Shown here: in pieces, positions 38,550 through 49,666 of the stretch
Layout: the number at the start of each line of letters is the position of its first letter
How positions within the stretch are numbered: the stretch's first letter is position 1
DNA from: an uncultured delta proteobacterium
GTDB taxonomy: Bacteria; Desulfobacterota; Desulfuromonadia; Geobacterales; DSM-12255
DNA: 64,000 bases
Direction of reading: 5' to 3'
Assembly: GCA_963787125.1 (NCBI GenBank)
Contig: CAWBBV010000001.1
Span: 544,001-608,000, forward strand
Position numbers and translations under genes: made by a program
The notes under the pieces: generated by a model
Seen by the model: the letters and a program-made list of their open reading frames with translations, nothing else
Databases searched by the model: none
What the model was told of the DNA's origin: nothing

Positions 38550-39254
38550 TTATTCCCCGAGATACGCTTTGCGGACTTCCGGATCTTCTGCCAGATCCTT
38601 GGCTATACCGGAAAGGACGACTTCGCCGGTTTCAAGCACATAGGCCCTGTCAGCAATGGAAAGTGCCATATGGGCATTCTGCTCCACCAGCATGATCGTG
38701 GTGCCGGTTTTGTTGATATCGACGATTATTTCGAAAATTTTCTCCACCAGCATCGGCGCCAGTCCCATTGACGGCTCGTCAAGGAGGAGCAGCTTTGGTG
38801 ACGACATAAGAGCCCTCCCCATGGCGAGCATCTGCTGCTCACCACCAGAGAGTGTCTTGGCAAGCTGCTTTGTCCGCTCTTTCAAGCGGGGGAAAAGAGC
38901 GAAGGCGCGCTCGATACCTGCTTCGACAGCACTTTTCTCCTTGAGGCAGTAACCACCCATCTCCAGGTTTTCCAGGACGCTCATATTGGCGAAGACGCGC
39001 CGTCCTTCCGGCACCTGACATATTCCCATCTTGACGATTTCATGGGGAGCCGTTTTGGTAATCTCTTTGTCCGTGAAAAAGATTCTACCGTCATTAATCG
39101 GCAGTATCCCGCTGATGGAGTTGAGAATTGTCGTCTTGCCTGCGCCGTTGGCACCGATAAGCGCGACGATCTCCCCCTGATGAACTTCACAGGTGATCTT
39201 TTTCAGCGCCTTTATGGCACCGTAATTAACCGTCAGATTCTCGACTCGCAGCAT
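38550..39254 (-). CDS. livF: Branched-chain amino acid ABC ATPase
   Basis: GANGAGKTT, VPEGRRVF, LSGGEQQMLA. Confidence 0.92.
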   Translation of the reverse strand: MLRVENLTVNYGAIKALKKITCEVHQGEIVALIGANGAGKTTILNSISGILPINDGRIFFTDKEITKTAPHEIVKMGICQVPEGRRVFANMSVLENLEMGGYCLKEKSAVEAGIERAFALFPRLKERTKQLAKTLSGGEQQMLAMGRALMSSPKLLLLDEPSMGLAPMLVEKIFEIIVDINKTGTTIMLVEQNAHMALSIADRAYVLETGEVVLSGIAKDLAEDPEVRKAYLGE

Positions 39255-40024
39255 CAGTGTCCCGCCCCTTTGCCAAGATATGCTTCGATCACCCGCTCAT
39301 TACTGCGAACTTCCAGCGGCGTGCCGTCGGCGATTTTTATCCCGTAATCAAGAACTGCAATCCGGTCGGAGATTTCCATGACGAATTTCATGTCGTGCTC
39401 CACCAGGAAAACTGTCAGACCGGTATTACGGATAGCCTGAATCATATGCAGCAACGACATTTTCTCCTGCGGATTCATCCCGGCAGCCGGTTCGTCAAGC
39501 AGCAGGATTCGCGGCTTGATTGCCAGCGCCCTTGCTATCTCCAGGCGGCGCTGCTCACCGTAGGGGAGGCTTCCGGCCGGCTCGAACACCCGATGGATCA
39601 GATCTACCTGCTTGAGGCATTCGACCGCCCAGTCGAGCAGCGCCCCCTCTTCGCGCCTTACCCAGGGGAGGTATTTGAAGATTGCCCCCGGCAGGCCGAC
39701 TTTTCCCCGTGTATGAGCGCCGATCAGGACGTTCTCAAGTACGGTTAAAGTGGAGAAAAGGCGAATATTCTGGAAGGTACGGCCAATTCCCTTGGCAGCT
39801 ATCCGGTACGGCTCGCCGCCACTGATACGCTCGCCGCCAAAGATTATCTCCCCTTCAGTCGGTGCGTAGATCCCGGTAATCAGGTTGAACATGGTACTTT
39901 TACCGGCGCCGTTCGGCCCGATAAGGGCCAGGATAGACCCCTCTTCAACCTGCAAATTTACCTTATCAACAGCGGTAAGCCCGCCGAAACGTATGGTCAC
40001 ATCATTTAGTTCAAGCAGTGCCAT
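39254..40024 (-). CDS. livG: Branched-chain amino acid ABC ATPase
   Basis: [28 protein letters not shown]. Confidence 0.92.
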   Translation of the reverse strand: MALLELNDVTIRFGGLTAVDKVNLQVEEGSILALIGPNGAGKSTMFNLITGIYAPTEGEIIFGGERISGGEPYRIAAKGIGRTFQNIRLFSTLTVLENVLIGAHTRGKVGLPGAIFKYLPWVRREEGALLDWAVECLKQVDLIHRVFEPAGSLPYGEQRRLEIARALAIKPRILLLDEPAAGMNPQEKMSLLHMIQAIRNTGLTVFLVEHDMKFVMEISDRIAVLDYGIKIADGTPLEVRSNERVIEAYLGKGAGH

Positions 40025-40028
40025 GTCT

Positions 40029-40958
40029 CTACCTCAACTCCTCTTTCAGCCCGTTGCGCACAGGTAGCTGGCGTTTCTTCCCCAGCTTGTGCAGTACGAG
40101 ATCAACGAAATTAACCCCTCCCAACAGTCCATTGGGACGGAAAACCATCAGGAAGACCATCAGCGCACCGTATACGAGCATCCGGTACTGGGACATGAAT
40201 CTGAGGAACTCAGGCGCAGCGGCGAGTACAGAAGCGCCAATGACCGCGCCAGGGACGCTGCCGAGGCCACCGAGGACTACCATGCTGAGGATGTCGACCG
40301 ATTTCAAAAAACTGAAATCTGACGGATTTACGTAGCTGAGGAAGTGCGCATAAAGAGCGCCGCCAATCCCGGCAAGGAAGGTGCCGAGGGCGAACGATTG
40401 CAGTTTGTAAAGAGTAAGATTGATCCCCATGGATTCAGCGGCGATTTCATTCTCGCGGATTGCTTTAAGGGCTCGGCCGAATCTGGAGTTCTGGACAAAA
40501 GTTACTGCGATGATGGCGATGATGGCGCAGATCCAGACAATGACCGGCATGGGCAGAGTTGTCTTCGCTGCAGGGACGGTCAGACCGAGCGCCTTGTTGG
40601 TGATGTCCAGATTGAGGAAAACAACCTTGACAATCTCGGCAAAGCCGAGAGTACAGATTGCCAGGTAGTCACCGGTAAGGCGCAGGATGGGAAAGCCGAT
40701 CAGCATCCCGATGAGGGCGGTAAAAGAGCCGGCCGCAAGGAGATTGAGCGAAAAAGGAAGCCCCGTCTTTATCGTCAAAAGAGCGCTGGTGAAGGCTCCG
40801 ACACTCATGAAGGCCGCGTGGCCAAGCGAGAGTTGTCCGGTCAGTCCGGTGATGACGTTCAAACCGAGGGCAAGAATAATGGCAATGCCGATATTGACGA
40901 CTATCTGCAGGAAGTAAGGATCCATGCCACCGACAAAATTATGCAGAGACGCTCCCAT
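40029..40958 (-). CDS. livM: Branched-chain amino acid ABC permease
   Basis: [27 protein letters not shown]. Confidence 0.9.
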   Translation of the reverse strand: MGASLHNFVGGMDPYFLQIVVNIGIAIILALGLNVITGLTGQLSLGHAAFMSVGAFTSALLTIKTGLPFSLNLLAAGSFTALIGMLIGFPILRLTGDYLAICTLGFAEIVKVVFLNLDITNKALGLTVPAAKTTLPMPVIVWICAIIAIIAVTFVQNSRFGRALKAIRENEIAAESMGINLTLYKLQSFALGTFLAGIGGALYAHFLSYVNPSDFSFLKSVDILSMVVLGGLGSVPGAVIGASVLAAAPEFLRFMSQYRMLVYGALMVFLMVFRPNGLLGGVNFVDLVLHKLGKKRQLPVRNGLKEELR

Positions 40959-40960
40959 GG

Positions 40961-41836
40961 CTACACCTTTTTCTGGATTTTCCGGCCGAGCAGACCGGTC
41001 GGTTTAACGAGCAGAACCAGCACGAGGATGGCAAAAGCTATTGCATCACGGTACGAGGAGAAGCCGGCGGCAACCCCGAGAACTTCTGTGATCCCCAGCA
41101 TAAGTCCGCCGAGCATGGCTCCGGGGATTGAGCCGATACCGCCGAGAACTGCGGCTGCAAAAGCCTTCAGACCGGCCATAAGTCCCATATTGAAGCTGAC
41201 CGCATTGAAGAGTACCCCGACAAGCACACCGCCGGCAGCTGCAAGGGCAGAGCCAAGAGCAAAAGTGAAGGAGATGACGCGATTCACGTTTATCCCCATC
41301 AGCGCGGCAGTGTTGTAATCTTCGGACGTAGCGCGCATCGCCTTGCCGATCTTTGTCTTTTTGACTATAAATTCAAGCCCCAGCATGAGCAGGGCAGAGA
41401 TGCCGATTATCAGGAGTTGCAGGGAGGAAATTTCAGCGTCACCGATCTTGATCTGTTTTACCGGAAAGGCGGTGCTGGGAAAAGCCTTGGCGTCAGCGCC
41501 GAAGACCATCAGCGCCAGTGAGGAGAGGAATATGGAGACACCGATTGCCGAGATAAGAGCAGAGAGACGGGATGATTTACGCAGCGGCCGGTAGGCTATC
41601 AGCTCGATAACCACGCCGATAATCATACTGGCGACCATGGCAACAAGCATTGCCAGGAAGATATTGAGCTTTAAGACAGAGACCGCAAAGAGACCGACAA
41701 AAGCACCAACCATGAATATCTCGCCATGGGCAAAATTTATCAGGGTTATGATGCCGTAAACCATTGTATAGCCAAGGGCGATCAGGGCGTATGTGGACCC
41801 CAGGGCTATGCCGTTTATAAGCTGTTGCAGAAGCAT
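40961..41836 (-). CDS. livH: Branched-chain amino acid ABC permease
   Basis: YALIALGYTMVYG...NFAHGE, GKAMRA, KPTGLLG. Confidence 0.92.
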   Translation of the reverse strand: MLLQQLINGIALGSTYALIALGYTMVYGIITLINFAHGEIFMVGAFVGLFAVSVLKLNIFLAMLVAMVASMIIGVVIELIAYRPLRKSSRLSALISAIGVSIFLSSLALMVFGADAKAFPSTAFPVKQIKIGDAEISSLQLLIIGISALLMLGLEFIVKKTKIGKAMRATSEDYNTAALMGINVNRVISFTFALGSALAAAGGVLVGVLFNAVSFNMGLMAGLKAFAAAVLGGIGSIPGAMLGGLMLGITEVLGVAAGFSSYRDAIAFAILVLVLLVKPTGLLGRKIQKKV

Positions 41837-41875
41837 GATCAGCTCCTCACTGTTCTCATTAAATACGCGTAGTTC

Positions 41876-41912
41876 AAAAAAATCCGCAGCCCCCCGTAAG
41901 GAGAGGCTGCGG
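41876..41912 (-). terminator. Intercistronic hairpin/terminator after the binding-protein gene
   Basis: ccgcagcctctc-cttac-gggggctgcgg-a-T7 on the minus strand. Confidence 0.65.
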
Positions 41913-41923
41913 CGAAACTGCCA

Positions 41924-43093
41924 CTAATCGATTTTTACCGGCACTTTTTTCTTCAACACAAATTTGCCGCCTTTGACTTCGAGCAGCGCAAGAGGTGACT
42001 TGATCGGTTCGCGTGAAGCCTGCATCGAGAGTGTTCCGGAAACCCCTTCAAAACCTTTGGTGGCTGCAAGAGCAGTTTTAAATACCTTGGGATCAATGCT
42101 GTTGCCACGCTTCATTGCGTCAGCTAGCAGCATGATTGCATCATAACCCTGAGCGTCAAAGAGCCCTGGCTCGGCGCCATTGAATTTCTTCTTGAATGCT
42201 TCGACGAATTTGGCTGTTACCGGAGAAGCCTGCTCAGGGGAGAAGCCGAGAGCCGACATAGTCCCTTCAACAGCGTCGCCGCCGAGTTCGACAAGTTTAG
42301 GAGAGAAGAGGCCGTCGCCGCCGAACATGTTGGCTTTGAGACCCTGCTTGCGCGCTTCCTTCATAATGAGAGCAGCTTCGGTGTAGTAGCCGGAGAAGAG
42401 GATGACATCAGGCTTCTTGGCCTTGATGTTGGTAATCTGGGCGGAGAAGTCCTTGTCGCCGTCTTTAACTTTCTCGTCGGCAACGATCTCAATCCCTTTG
42501 CCTTTCGCTGCGTCGCGGAAAGTCTGGGAAAGGCCGACCGAGTAGTCGTTGTTGTCGGAGGTGATAACAGCTACCTTCTTGTACTTCATTTCAGTTGCAA
42601 AGAAGTCGATACATGCAGGGATTGCAATGGAGTCAAGGAGGGTGTCGCGGAAGATGAAGTCGCCGGTCTCAACAACGCCAGGGCCGGTTGCGCCGGCAGA
42701 GAGGAGAACTACGCCGGCTTTTTGGGCAATCGGCGCGGCAACCTTGGTTATACCGGTGGTCGGGTCGCCAACGATGGCAACAACATTGTCACGGCTGATC
42801 AGCTTTTGGGTGACGGAAGCCCCTTCCTGCTTGTCACCGCGGTTATCAGCTTCAACAATTTCGATCTTTTTGCCGAGAACGCCACCGGCAGCATTGATTT
42901 CTTCTGCCGCCATCTTCATCCCTTCGAAGGTTGGCTTGCCGAACATGGCAACGTCACCGGTCAGAGCGCCAAGAAAGCCGATTTTCACGGTATCGCCGGC
43001 AGCCTTGGGAGCCTCGCCCCCCTCTTTCTTCTTGCAGCCGGCAGCGCCGAAAGCAAGCATTCCGGCAAGAAGCAGTACGGTTACTTTTTTCAT
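41924..43093 (-). CDS. livK: Branched-chain amino acid ABC substrate-binding lipoprotein
   Basis: Lipobox AAGC; EINAAGGVLGK; first gene of the liv cluster. Confidence 0.88.
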   Translation of the reverse strand: MKKVTVLLLAGMLAFGAAGCKKKEGGEAPKAAGDTVKIGFLGALTGDVAMFGKPTFEGMKMAAEEINAAGGVLGKKIEIVEADNRGDKQEGASVTQKLISRDNVVAIVGDPTTGITKVAAPIAQKAGVVLLSAGATGPGVVETGDFIFRDTLLDSIAIPACIDFFATEMKYKKVAVITSDNNDYSVGLSQTFRDAAKGKGIEIVADEKVKDGDKDFSAQITNIKAKKPDVILFSGYYTEAALIMKEARKQGLKANMFGGDGLFSPKLVELGGDAVEGTMSALGFSPEQASPVTAKFVEAFKKKFNGAEPGLFDAQGYDAIMLLADAMKRGNSIDPKVFKTALAATKGFEGVSGTLSMQASREPIKSPLALLEVKGGKFVLKKKVPVKID

Positions 43094-43441
43094 GTAAGTT
43101 TCTCCTTTATCGTGATTTCAGCCTGCATTGCAGGCGATACTTCAATAAGTGTTCTGATTATGGCTCAAAATGCAGCGAACTTTTCCTGCCGGCATTGCTA
43201 TTGTTTAATGCGCGGAAGAATACCATAACAACTTTAATATGAACAAAAATATTTCTGCTCTGTCAAAAAATCTGCGAAAATTTCCGGTGTAGTTCGTTGA
43301 TGAATGAGTATTCAGCAAGAGTCAGTATCTGAATGAGCTAAACAAATGGACTTGCAGGCAGTTTTTCATTTGATATCAATAATCAGCGTGTGCAGCGAAG
43401 AAGTGTATTATCAGCTCTCCGCTGCACTCTGGTGGATGGAT

Positions 43442-46400
43442 TTACGGCTCGTCCACAACAGATTTCTTTTCAAACCAGCTGTATACCGCTGGAATGATCA
43501 ACAGCGTCAGCAGGGTTGAGGTAATCAAGCCACCAACTACAACCGTGGCTAACGGCTTCTGGATTTCAGAGCCTGTCCCGCCAGCCAGCAGCATCGGTAT
43601 CAAACTGAATATGGCTATGGATGCGGTCATCAGTACCGGGCGTAACCGGTCAAGAGCACCTTTTTTGATCGCTTGCGGCAATTCAAGTCCTTCATCACGT
43701 AGTTGGGCGATTCTCGAAACCAGGACAAGCCCGTTTAAGACGGCAACGCCGAACAAGACTACGAAGCCTACCGACGCCGGCACTGACAGGTATTGCCCGG
43801 AGATGAAGAGCGCGAAGATACCGCCGATCAAGGCGAACGGCAGGTTGGCAATAACCAGCAGCGCCAACCGGAGCGAGCGGAAGGTGAGATAAAGTAGCAG
43901 CAGGATCAAGCCGATAGCCACCGGACCGATGACCATCAGTTTTTTCATGGCCCGCTGCTGATTCTCGAACTGACCACCCCAGGTAAGATAGTAGCCGGTC
44001 GGCAGCTTGACATTCGCTTTGATCTTCTGCCTGGCCTCGGCAACGAAACCGCCCATGTCCCTGCCGCTAATATTCATCTCGACGCCGATTCGTCTCACTC
44101 CATCCTGACGACTGATCTGCACCGGCCCTTCGATCATTTTTACTTCAGCCAACTGTTCCAGCGGCACGTTGATGCCGTTCTTGGTGGTGATCAGCAGGTT
44201 TTTAATCGCCTCCAGGGAGTTTCTTTTTTCTTCCGGCAGGCGCACCGTAATGTCGAAGCTGCGGTTCTCTTCATAAAATTTGGAGGCCGCTTTCCCGGCC
44301 ACGGCAATTTCAATAACCTTTTGCACGTCGCTGATGTTGAGGCCGTAACGGGCAATTTTCGACCGGTCGATATTGACGGTCAGGTATGGCTGGCCGTCAA
44401 CCTTCTCCGCGTTCAGATCTGTGCCACCTTTTATAGTGGAGAGCACCTTGGCTATTTCTGCCGATTTTTCACTGAGTATGGCGATATCATCGCCAAACAG
44501 CTTGACGATCAGCTGTGCCCGGGTGCCGGCGACCAGCTCATCAATCCGGCACTGAATCGGTTGGCTGAAGCCAAAGGTGATTCCAGCTACCGATTCTAAC
44601 GATTTTCGCATCTCATTAGTCAGCTCTTCTTTCGTTATATCCCGTTTCCATTGGCTCTTTGGTTTGAATATTCCCACATAGCCGGTCTTGTCAGAGCCTC
44701 TGGTGTCCAGGGCGACCCCGGTCTGCCCGGTTCGTCCGACGATGGTATCCAGTTCAGGGAATTGCATCAGTTTTGCTGCGGCCAGCTTGTTAACATCCAT
44801 GGCTTTGGCCAATGAAACACCGGGGAGCATGGAAACATCCATATCAAACGAGCCTTCATCCATAATCGGGATAAACTCCGTTCCCAGCCGGGTCGCCAAC
44901 AGGAGCGAGACAACCAGGAGAACTCCGGCAACAGTTAACACCACCCGCCTGGCATTCATGGCATAGTCAAGAAGCGGCAGATACAGTCTGGTTGCATGCT
45001 TCATAATGAAGCTCTCTTTCTCTGGATGAGGTTTCAGGAAGAGAATGCAGAGGGCCGGGATAACGAATATTGACAGAAAGAGTGAGGCCAGCAGGGCAAT
45101 CGCCACGGTTATGGCCAGCGGCCCGAACATCTTTCCTTCGATCCCTTCCAGGGAGAGGATCGGGATGAAAGTGAGGGCGATGATCAGCTCCCCAAAGATG
45201 CTCGGCTTTCTGACCTCCATGACGGCCTGCAGCACCGTCGCTATTGACGGATGGTTACCACCCTCTTCGCTCAAGTGGCGCTGGACATTTTCGACCTGAA
45301 TGATGGTTGTATCGATGATCATGCCGATGGAGATGGCTAGACCGCCCAGGGACATGAGATTGGCGGTAATCCCGGTAAGCTTCATGACAATAAACGTGGC
45401 GAGGAGCGACAGCGGCAGTGCAATCAGAACAACGATACTCCCCCTGATGCTGTTCAGGAGCAGGTACAGCACGATCAGTACCAGTATGGACCCCTCGATC
45501 AGCGCCTTGTTAACGGTGCCAACGCTCGCCTTGACAATGTCGCTGCGATCGTAATAGGGTACGAGCTTAATCCCTTCGGGGAGCAGATTGTTTCCGTTCA
45601 TCTCCCTGACTTTTTCCGCGACCAGCCGCACGACCTCTCGGCTGTTGGCGCCGCGCAGCATCATGACAATGCCGCCGACACATTCATCTTTGCCGTCCTT
45701 CATGGCGGCGCCCATCCTGACTGCCTCACCCACTTTTACCTGGGCAACGTCGCGGATATAGGTGGGGCTGCCACTCGAAGATTTCAGAACAATACTTTCG
45801 ATGTCGCTGACATTCTTTATCAAGCCGACTCCGCGGACTATGTACTGATCAGAACCCCGCTCAAGGAGGTTCCCGCCGATATTTTCATTATTGCTGCCGA
45901 TGGCGGCATAAACGTCATCGGCAGTAACGGCATATTTCACCAATTTCTCCGGTGAGACGATCACCTGATATTGCTTGAGATAGCCACCAAAGGAGTTGAT
46001 TTCGTTAACGCCGGCGACGCTTTTCAGCTGCGGCGTCACAATCCACTCCTGAATGGTGCGCAGGTCGGTAAGGTAGGCAAGCTTCTGCTGCGGGTCAGCC
46101 GGCATCTTCCCTTCAAGGGTGTACTGGTAAATCTCCCCCATGGCCGTGCCTATCGGCCCCATGGCAACTTCGACCCCCTTGGGGACCTTCTCCCGGGCCT
46201 CGGCCAGGCGCTCGAATACCAGTTGCCGGGCAAAATAGATATCCACATTGTCCTTGAAGACAATAGTGACAATGGAGAGGCCAAACTTGGTAACTGAGCG
46301 CAGCTGTTCGATATTGGGCAGGCCGCGCATGGCCATCTCGATCGGGTAGGTGACGTTGCGCTCGATCTCGATTGCCGACAGACCGTCGGCGTGGCTGACC

Positions 46401-46546
46401 ACTTCGACCTGGATGTTGGTGACATCCGGGAAAGCATCAATCGGCAGGCGCAGATAGGAATATAAGCCGAACCCGATAATAAGTAGCGCCAGGAAGATGA
46501 CCATCCCTTTCTGCCGCAATGTATAGGCTATTATTTTTTCCAGCAT
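43442..46546 (-). CDS. czcA: CzcA/CusA-family heavy-metal RND transporter
   Basis: LPIDAFPDVTN, NLMSLGG, RLRPVLMTA, QKPLATVVVGG. Confidence 0.9.
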   Translation of the reverse strand: MLEKIIAYTLRQKGMVIFLALLIIGFGLYSYLRLPIDAFPDVTNIQVEVVSHADGLSAIEIERNVTYPIEMAMRGLPNIEQLRSVTKFGLSIVTIVFKDNVDIYFARQLVFERLAEAREKVPKGVEVAMGPIGTAMGEIYQYTLEGKMPADPQQKLAYLTDLRTIQEWIVTPQLKSVAGVNEINSFGGYLKQYQVIVSPEKLVKYAVTADDVYAAIGSNNENIGGNLLERGSDQYIVRGVGLIKNVSDIESIVLKSSSGSPTYIRDVAQVKVGEAVRMGAAMKDGKDECVGGIVMMLRGANSREVVRLVAEKVREMNGNNLLPEGIKLVPYYDRSDIVKASVGTVNKALIEGSILVLIVLYLLLNSIRGSIVVLIALPLSLLATFIVMKLTGITANLMSLGGLAISIGMIIDTTIIQVENVQRHLSEEGGNHPSIATVLQAVMEVRKPSIFGELIIALTFIPILSLEGIEGKMFGPLAITVAIALLASLFLSIFVIPALCILFLKPHPEKESFIMKHATRLYLPLLDYAMNARRVVLTVAGVLLVVSLLLATRLGTEFIPIMDEGSFDMDVSMLPGVSLAKAMDVNKLAAAKLMQFPELDTIVGRTGQTGVALDTRGSDKTGYVGIFKPKSQWKRDITKEELTNEMRKSLESVAGITFGFSQPIQCRIDELVAGTRAQLIVKLFGDDIAILSEKSAEIAKVLSTIKGGTDLNAEKVDGQPYLTVNIDRSKIARYGLNISDVQKVIEIAVAGKAASKFYEENRSFDITVRLPEEKRNSLEAIKNLLITTKNGINVPLEQLAEVKMIEGPVQISRQDGVRRIGVEMNISGRDMGGFVAEARQKIKANVKLPTGYYLTWGGQFENQQRAMKKLMVIGPVAIGLILLLLYLTFRSLRLALLVIANLPFALIGGIFALFISGQYLSVPASVGFVVLFGVAVLNGLVLVSRIAQLRDEGLELPQAIKKGALDRLRPVLMTASIAIFSLIPMLLAGGTGSEIQKPLATVVVGGLITSTLLTLLIIPAVYSWFEKKSVVDEP

Positions 46547-46595
46547 CAAAAACCTCTCTTCGATAATTGTGATGAGTGATTATTATGGGGGGCCG

Positions 46596-47843
46596 TCAAT
46601 GCTCGTCTTTCATTTCCTTCTTTTTGATTTCCGACTTGAGAATGAACGCACCTTTGACAGCATAGGTATCACTCTCTTTGAGGCCGGAGACGATTTCAAT
46701 CAGACCGCCAACAGACCTCCCGGTCTGAACCGTCCGTGCTGCAAACCCGGATTCATTCTCCGCGACGAAGACCACTTTTTTGCCGTCCAGATCCTGCAGG
46801 GCATCTTCAGGAACCGCCACCACAGGAGGCGCATCAGCCGGCAGCGCCAGCTCTACCGTGGCAAACATCTCCGGCTTCAGCTTCCGTCCCGGATTGGTCA
46901 CTTCGATCCGCGCCTTGACTGTGCGAGAGGCCTGATCAACCAGATCGGCAATATAGGTAATCCGGCCTTTCAATCGTAAATCTGGAAAAGCGCCTACAGC
47001 GACAACTGCCGCCTGTCCCCGGTGAATCCTTGCCAGGTCCTTTTCGTTTATGTCGACCACTACCCAGACCGAGGAAAGATCGGCCACGGTGTAGAGACTT
47101 TTTGACGGGTCAGAAAGCTCACCGACGATGGCGTGCTTTTCGGTAACAGTACCGCTGATGGGTGACTTGACGGGCAGCAGCGGTCTTTTGCGGGTTTCTC
47201 CCTTGAGATCGGCAGTTGAGACACCATAAAGGGACAGTCGCTCTTCGTCAGTATGCAGTTCAGTCTGGGTGGTCTTGAAATCGGTTTCGGCAAGGAAAAT
47301 ATCCTTGCGGGCGGCAATCTTTTTCTCTACCAATGTTTTGATCCGCTCCATGTTGGCCTGGGCCAGAGCGAGCTTTGTCTTTGACTGGTGATAGCGATTG
47401 AGAGCTTCACCCAGTTCGACACTGTCCAGAGTTGCCAGTGACTGTCCGGCTGAGACACTGTCACCAAGGGAAGCGCTCACTGTGATGACCTTGCCGGAGA
47501 TGCGCGGCGATACATGGGCGATCTTGTCGGCATTAGCCTCCACCTTCCCGGTGACACTGATCACACCGGCCAGCCGCATCTTTTTAGCCACGCTGACGGC
47601 TACACCATTTTGCTTCTGCACTTCGGCGGTCATCTTGATCTTGCCTTCTTCATCATGATTGTCACGTCCTGCTTGCTTCTCTTTGAGTTCACCAGCTGCA
47701 CCCGGCTTTTCATCCTTGTGGCCGGCATCTTCTTTTTCGACACGTTCCGTAGTGCCACTTTTGAACGGTGAATTGCGATAGTAGAGGCCGCCACTCAGGG
47801 CTGTGGCCAGGATAAGTCCGATGATGATTATTTTTTTGTTCAT
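46596..47843 (-). CDS. czcB: CzcB-type membrane fusion protein
   Basis: His/acidic N-terminal linker, SPISG, LKPEMF. Confidence 0.85.
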   Translation of the reverse strand: MNKKIIIIGLILATALSGGLYYRNSPFKSGTTERVEKEDAGHKDEKPGAAGELKEKQAGRDNHDEEGKIKMTAEVQKQNGVAVSVAKKMRLAGVISVTGKVEANADKIAHVSPRISGKVITVSASLGDSVSAGQSLATLDSVELGEALNRYHQSKTKLALAQANMERIKTLVEKKIAARKDIFLAETDFKTTQTELHTDEERLSLYGVSTADLKGETRKRPLLPVKSPISGTVTEKHAIVGELSDPSKSLYTVADLSSVWVVVDINEKDLARIHRGQAAVVAVGAFPDLRLKGRITYIADLVDQASRTVKARIEVTNPGRKLKPEMFATVELALPADAPPVVAVPEDALQDLDGKKVVFVAENESGFAARTVQTGRSVGGLIEIVSGLKESDTYAVKGAFILKSEIKKKEMKDEH

Positions 47844-49138
47844 TGCACACCCCCACTAAGATCTGTTGCAGTTGCCGCCTCGAGTTTTACCAGCGCCGCC
47901 TGCCGATCATGCAGTGCCAGCAGATAGCCGTCGCTGACTTCGTAGAATTTTTTTTGCTCCTGAATAACGGCCAGAATGCCGACTTCGCCAAGCCGATAAG
48001 CTTCCTGGGTCAGTGCCAGGTTTTCTTCCATTTGAGGAATGATATCGGCTTTATAAAGAGACCGGATTTTTTCGGCATTCAGCAAGTCGGCGTAGGCCGT
48101 TTCCACTTCCAGTTCAGCGTTTCTGGCAGCGGTCCGCAGGCGGCTTTCACTGCCGCTCCTTTTGGCTTCGACTTCCTGAATGCCGGCCTTATTATTGTCA
48201 AAGAGGGGAATGGGCATCGATAGTCTTACGCCGATGGTATAAGCCGTCTCTTTCCCCTCAAAGCCGTTGATCTCCATAGACGCAGTGTCCCGCCGCAAAA
48301 CAAGACCAGCCGTAACATTGGGAGTTCGTTCGGCCCGGGCAAGGATGCTGTCCGCTTCCCCCCTGTTTTTTTCGGCTTCCAGAGCTTTCAGGTCCGCTCG
48401 CAGCAGCTGGGACAGCTGTTTAAGTTCCCCCAGGTTTTTCGTCAGGTTGAGTTCGCTTGCAAACGCCCCTGAGATGGGCGGAGATTCACCGGGTGAAAGA
48501 CCCATGAGTGTCCAGAGCCTGAAATGATTCTGGTTCAGTGCCTTTTCAACGGCAATTCGGGTTCCTTCGCTGCGTGCCAGCTCCACCCTGACCAGGTTCA
48601 TTTCCAATTCAGGAATATCCCCTGCAGCCAAACGCTCTTTTGCTACATCAAGAAGCTGACGATTGAGCTGCGTGTAACGATCCGCCAGGTTGATCCGCTG
48701 CTCTGCCAGAATTACATCATAAAAAACCGTCTTCACCTCGGCGCGCAGTTGTCTCTCCCGATCAGCCACTTGCCAGCGGTAGCTATCCAGTTCATGTTCG
48801 GCGCTGGCGAGACGTTTCTCCCTTTTCCCTGCCAGCAAGAACTCCTGTGAAATGCCCAGTAACAGACTGTTCTCATTGGTACTGCCGGTCAAAGCGCCCG
48901 TGCCGGCTTCAATTTCAATGGTTGGGTTCGGCAGGAGACCCGCTCTGATCTTGCCGGCTTCATGGACACCTTTTTCCTCACGAAATGATTTGAGGTCGCC
49001 GTTATTCTGTAACGAAACTTCAACTATTTGCCGCAGTGTCAGTTTCTGTGGTTCTGCAATTGCCGGTGCAGATACCAAAATACAGATGCTGAAAGACATC
49101 AGGAGCCGCGCTCCTTGTCTAAATACAGTTATTCCCAA
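47840..49138 (-). CDS. czcC: TolC-family outer membrane factor (CzcC-like)
   Basis: TTG start after AAGGAGG; LLPNP, PIPLFDNN, AYRLGE. Confidence 0.85.
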   Translation of the reverse strand: MGITVFRQGARLLMSFSICILVSAPAIAEPQKLTLRQIVEVSLQNNGDLKSFREEKGVHEAGKIRAGLLPNPTIEIEAGTGALTGSTNENSLLLGISQEFLLAGKREKRLASAEHELDSYRWQVADRERQLRAEVKTVFYDVILAEQRINLADRYTQLNRQLLDVAKERLAAGDIPELEMNLVRVELARSEGTRIAVEKALNQNHFRLWTLMGLSPGESPPISGAFASELNLTKNLGELKQLSQLLRADLKALEAEKNRGEADSILARAERTPNVTAGLVLRRDTASMEINGFEGKETAYTIGVRLSMPIPLFDNNKAGIQEVEAKRSGSESRLRTAARNAELEVETAYADLLNAEKIRSLYKADIIPQMEENLALTQEAYRLGEVGILAVIQEQKKFYEVSDGYLLALHDRQAALVKLEAATATDLSGGVQ

Positions 49139-49261
49139 AGGAAAAACCTCCTTTAATTCAATTTTGAGTCAGGAAAGTAAAACAGGTTGCGGACGCACCA
49201 CGACCAGGAGAAAAGATAGCTTTGTCCCTGGATGGCGACGGACCACTCCCGTTGCGGTGGT

Positions 49262-49618
49262 TTATGCTTGTATTTGCGGGGGGATAAACTTGGAAAGATG
49301 TACTTCGGGCAGATGTTTGAACAGGTCGAATCTGCTCAGGTTTACGATGATAGGGTTATAGCTGAGCTGAAACGGTTGAACAGTCAATGAAGCATGGCAG
49401 GCACAGTTTACGCAGCTGTCACAGCCGTCATAATCCTGATGATGCTCACAAGGGGGACAGGGGGTATCGTGAGACGCCGCTGATTCCATGGCTGAAAAAG
49501 CTGTATTGACAGGGCTTTGCAGTGCATGGGCGCTTTCATGAGCACAACTGAGTGTCACGGCAAGTATCACGAGAAGAAGAAGCGTGGATGTAATTTTTAA
49601 GTGGATGAATTTTCGCAT
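49262..49618 (-). CDS. CzcI-like Cys/His-rich exported protein
   Basis: Signal-like N-terminus, CPPCEHH...CDSCVNCACH, C-terminal FIPP; first gene of the czc operon behind TTGACA-N18-TATAGT. Confidence 0.7.
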   Translation of the reverse strand: MRKFIHLKITSTLLLLVILAVTLSCAHESAHALQSPVNTAFSAMESAASHDTPCPPCEHHQDYDGCDSCVNCACHASLTVQPFQLSYNPIIVNLSRFDLFKHLPEVHLSKFIPPQIQA

Positions 49619-49666
49619 AGGCTGATTAGGTTGACTATAGCCGGATGTGGCAGAGACTGTCAAGAG

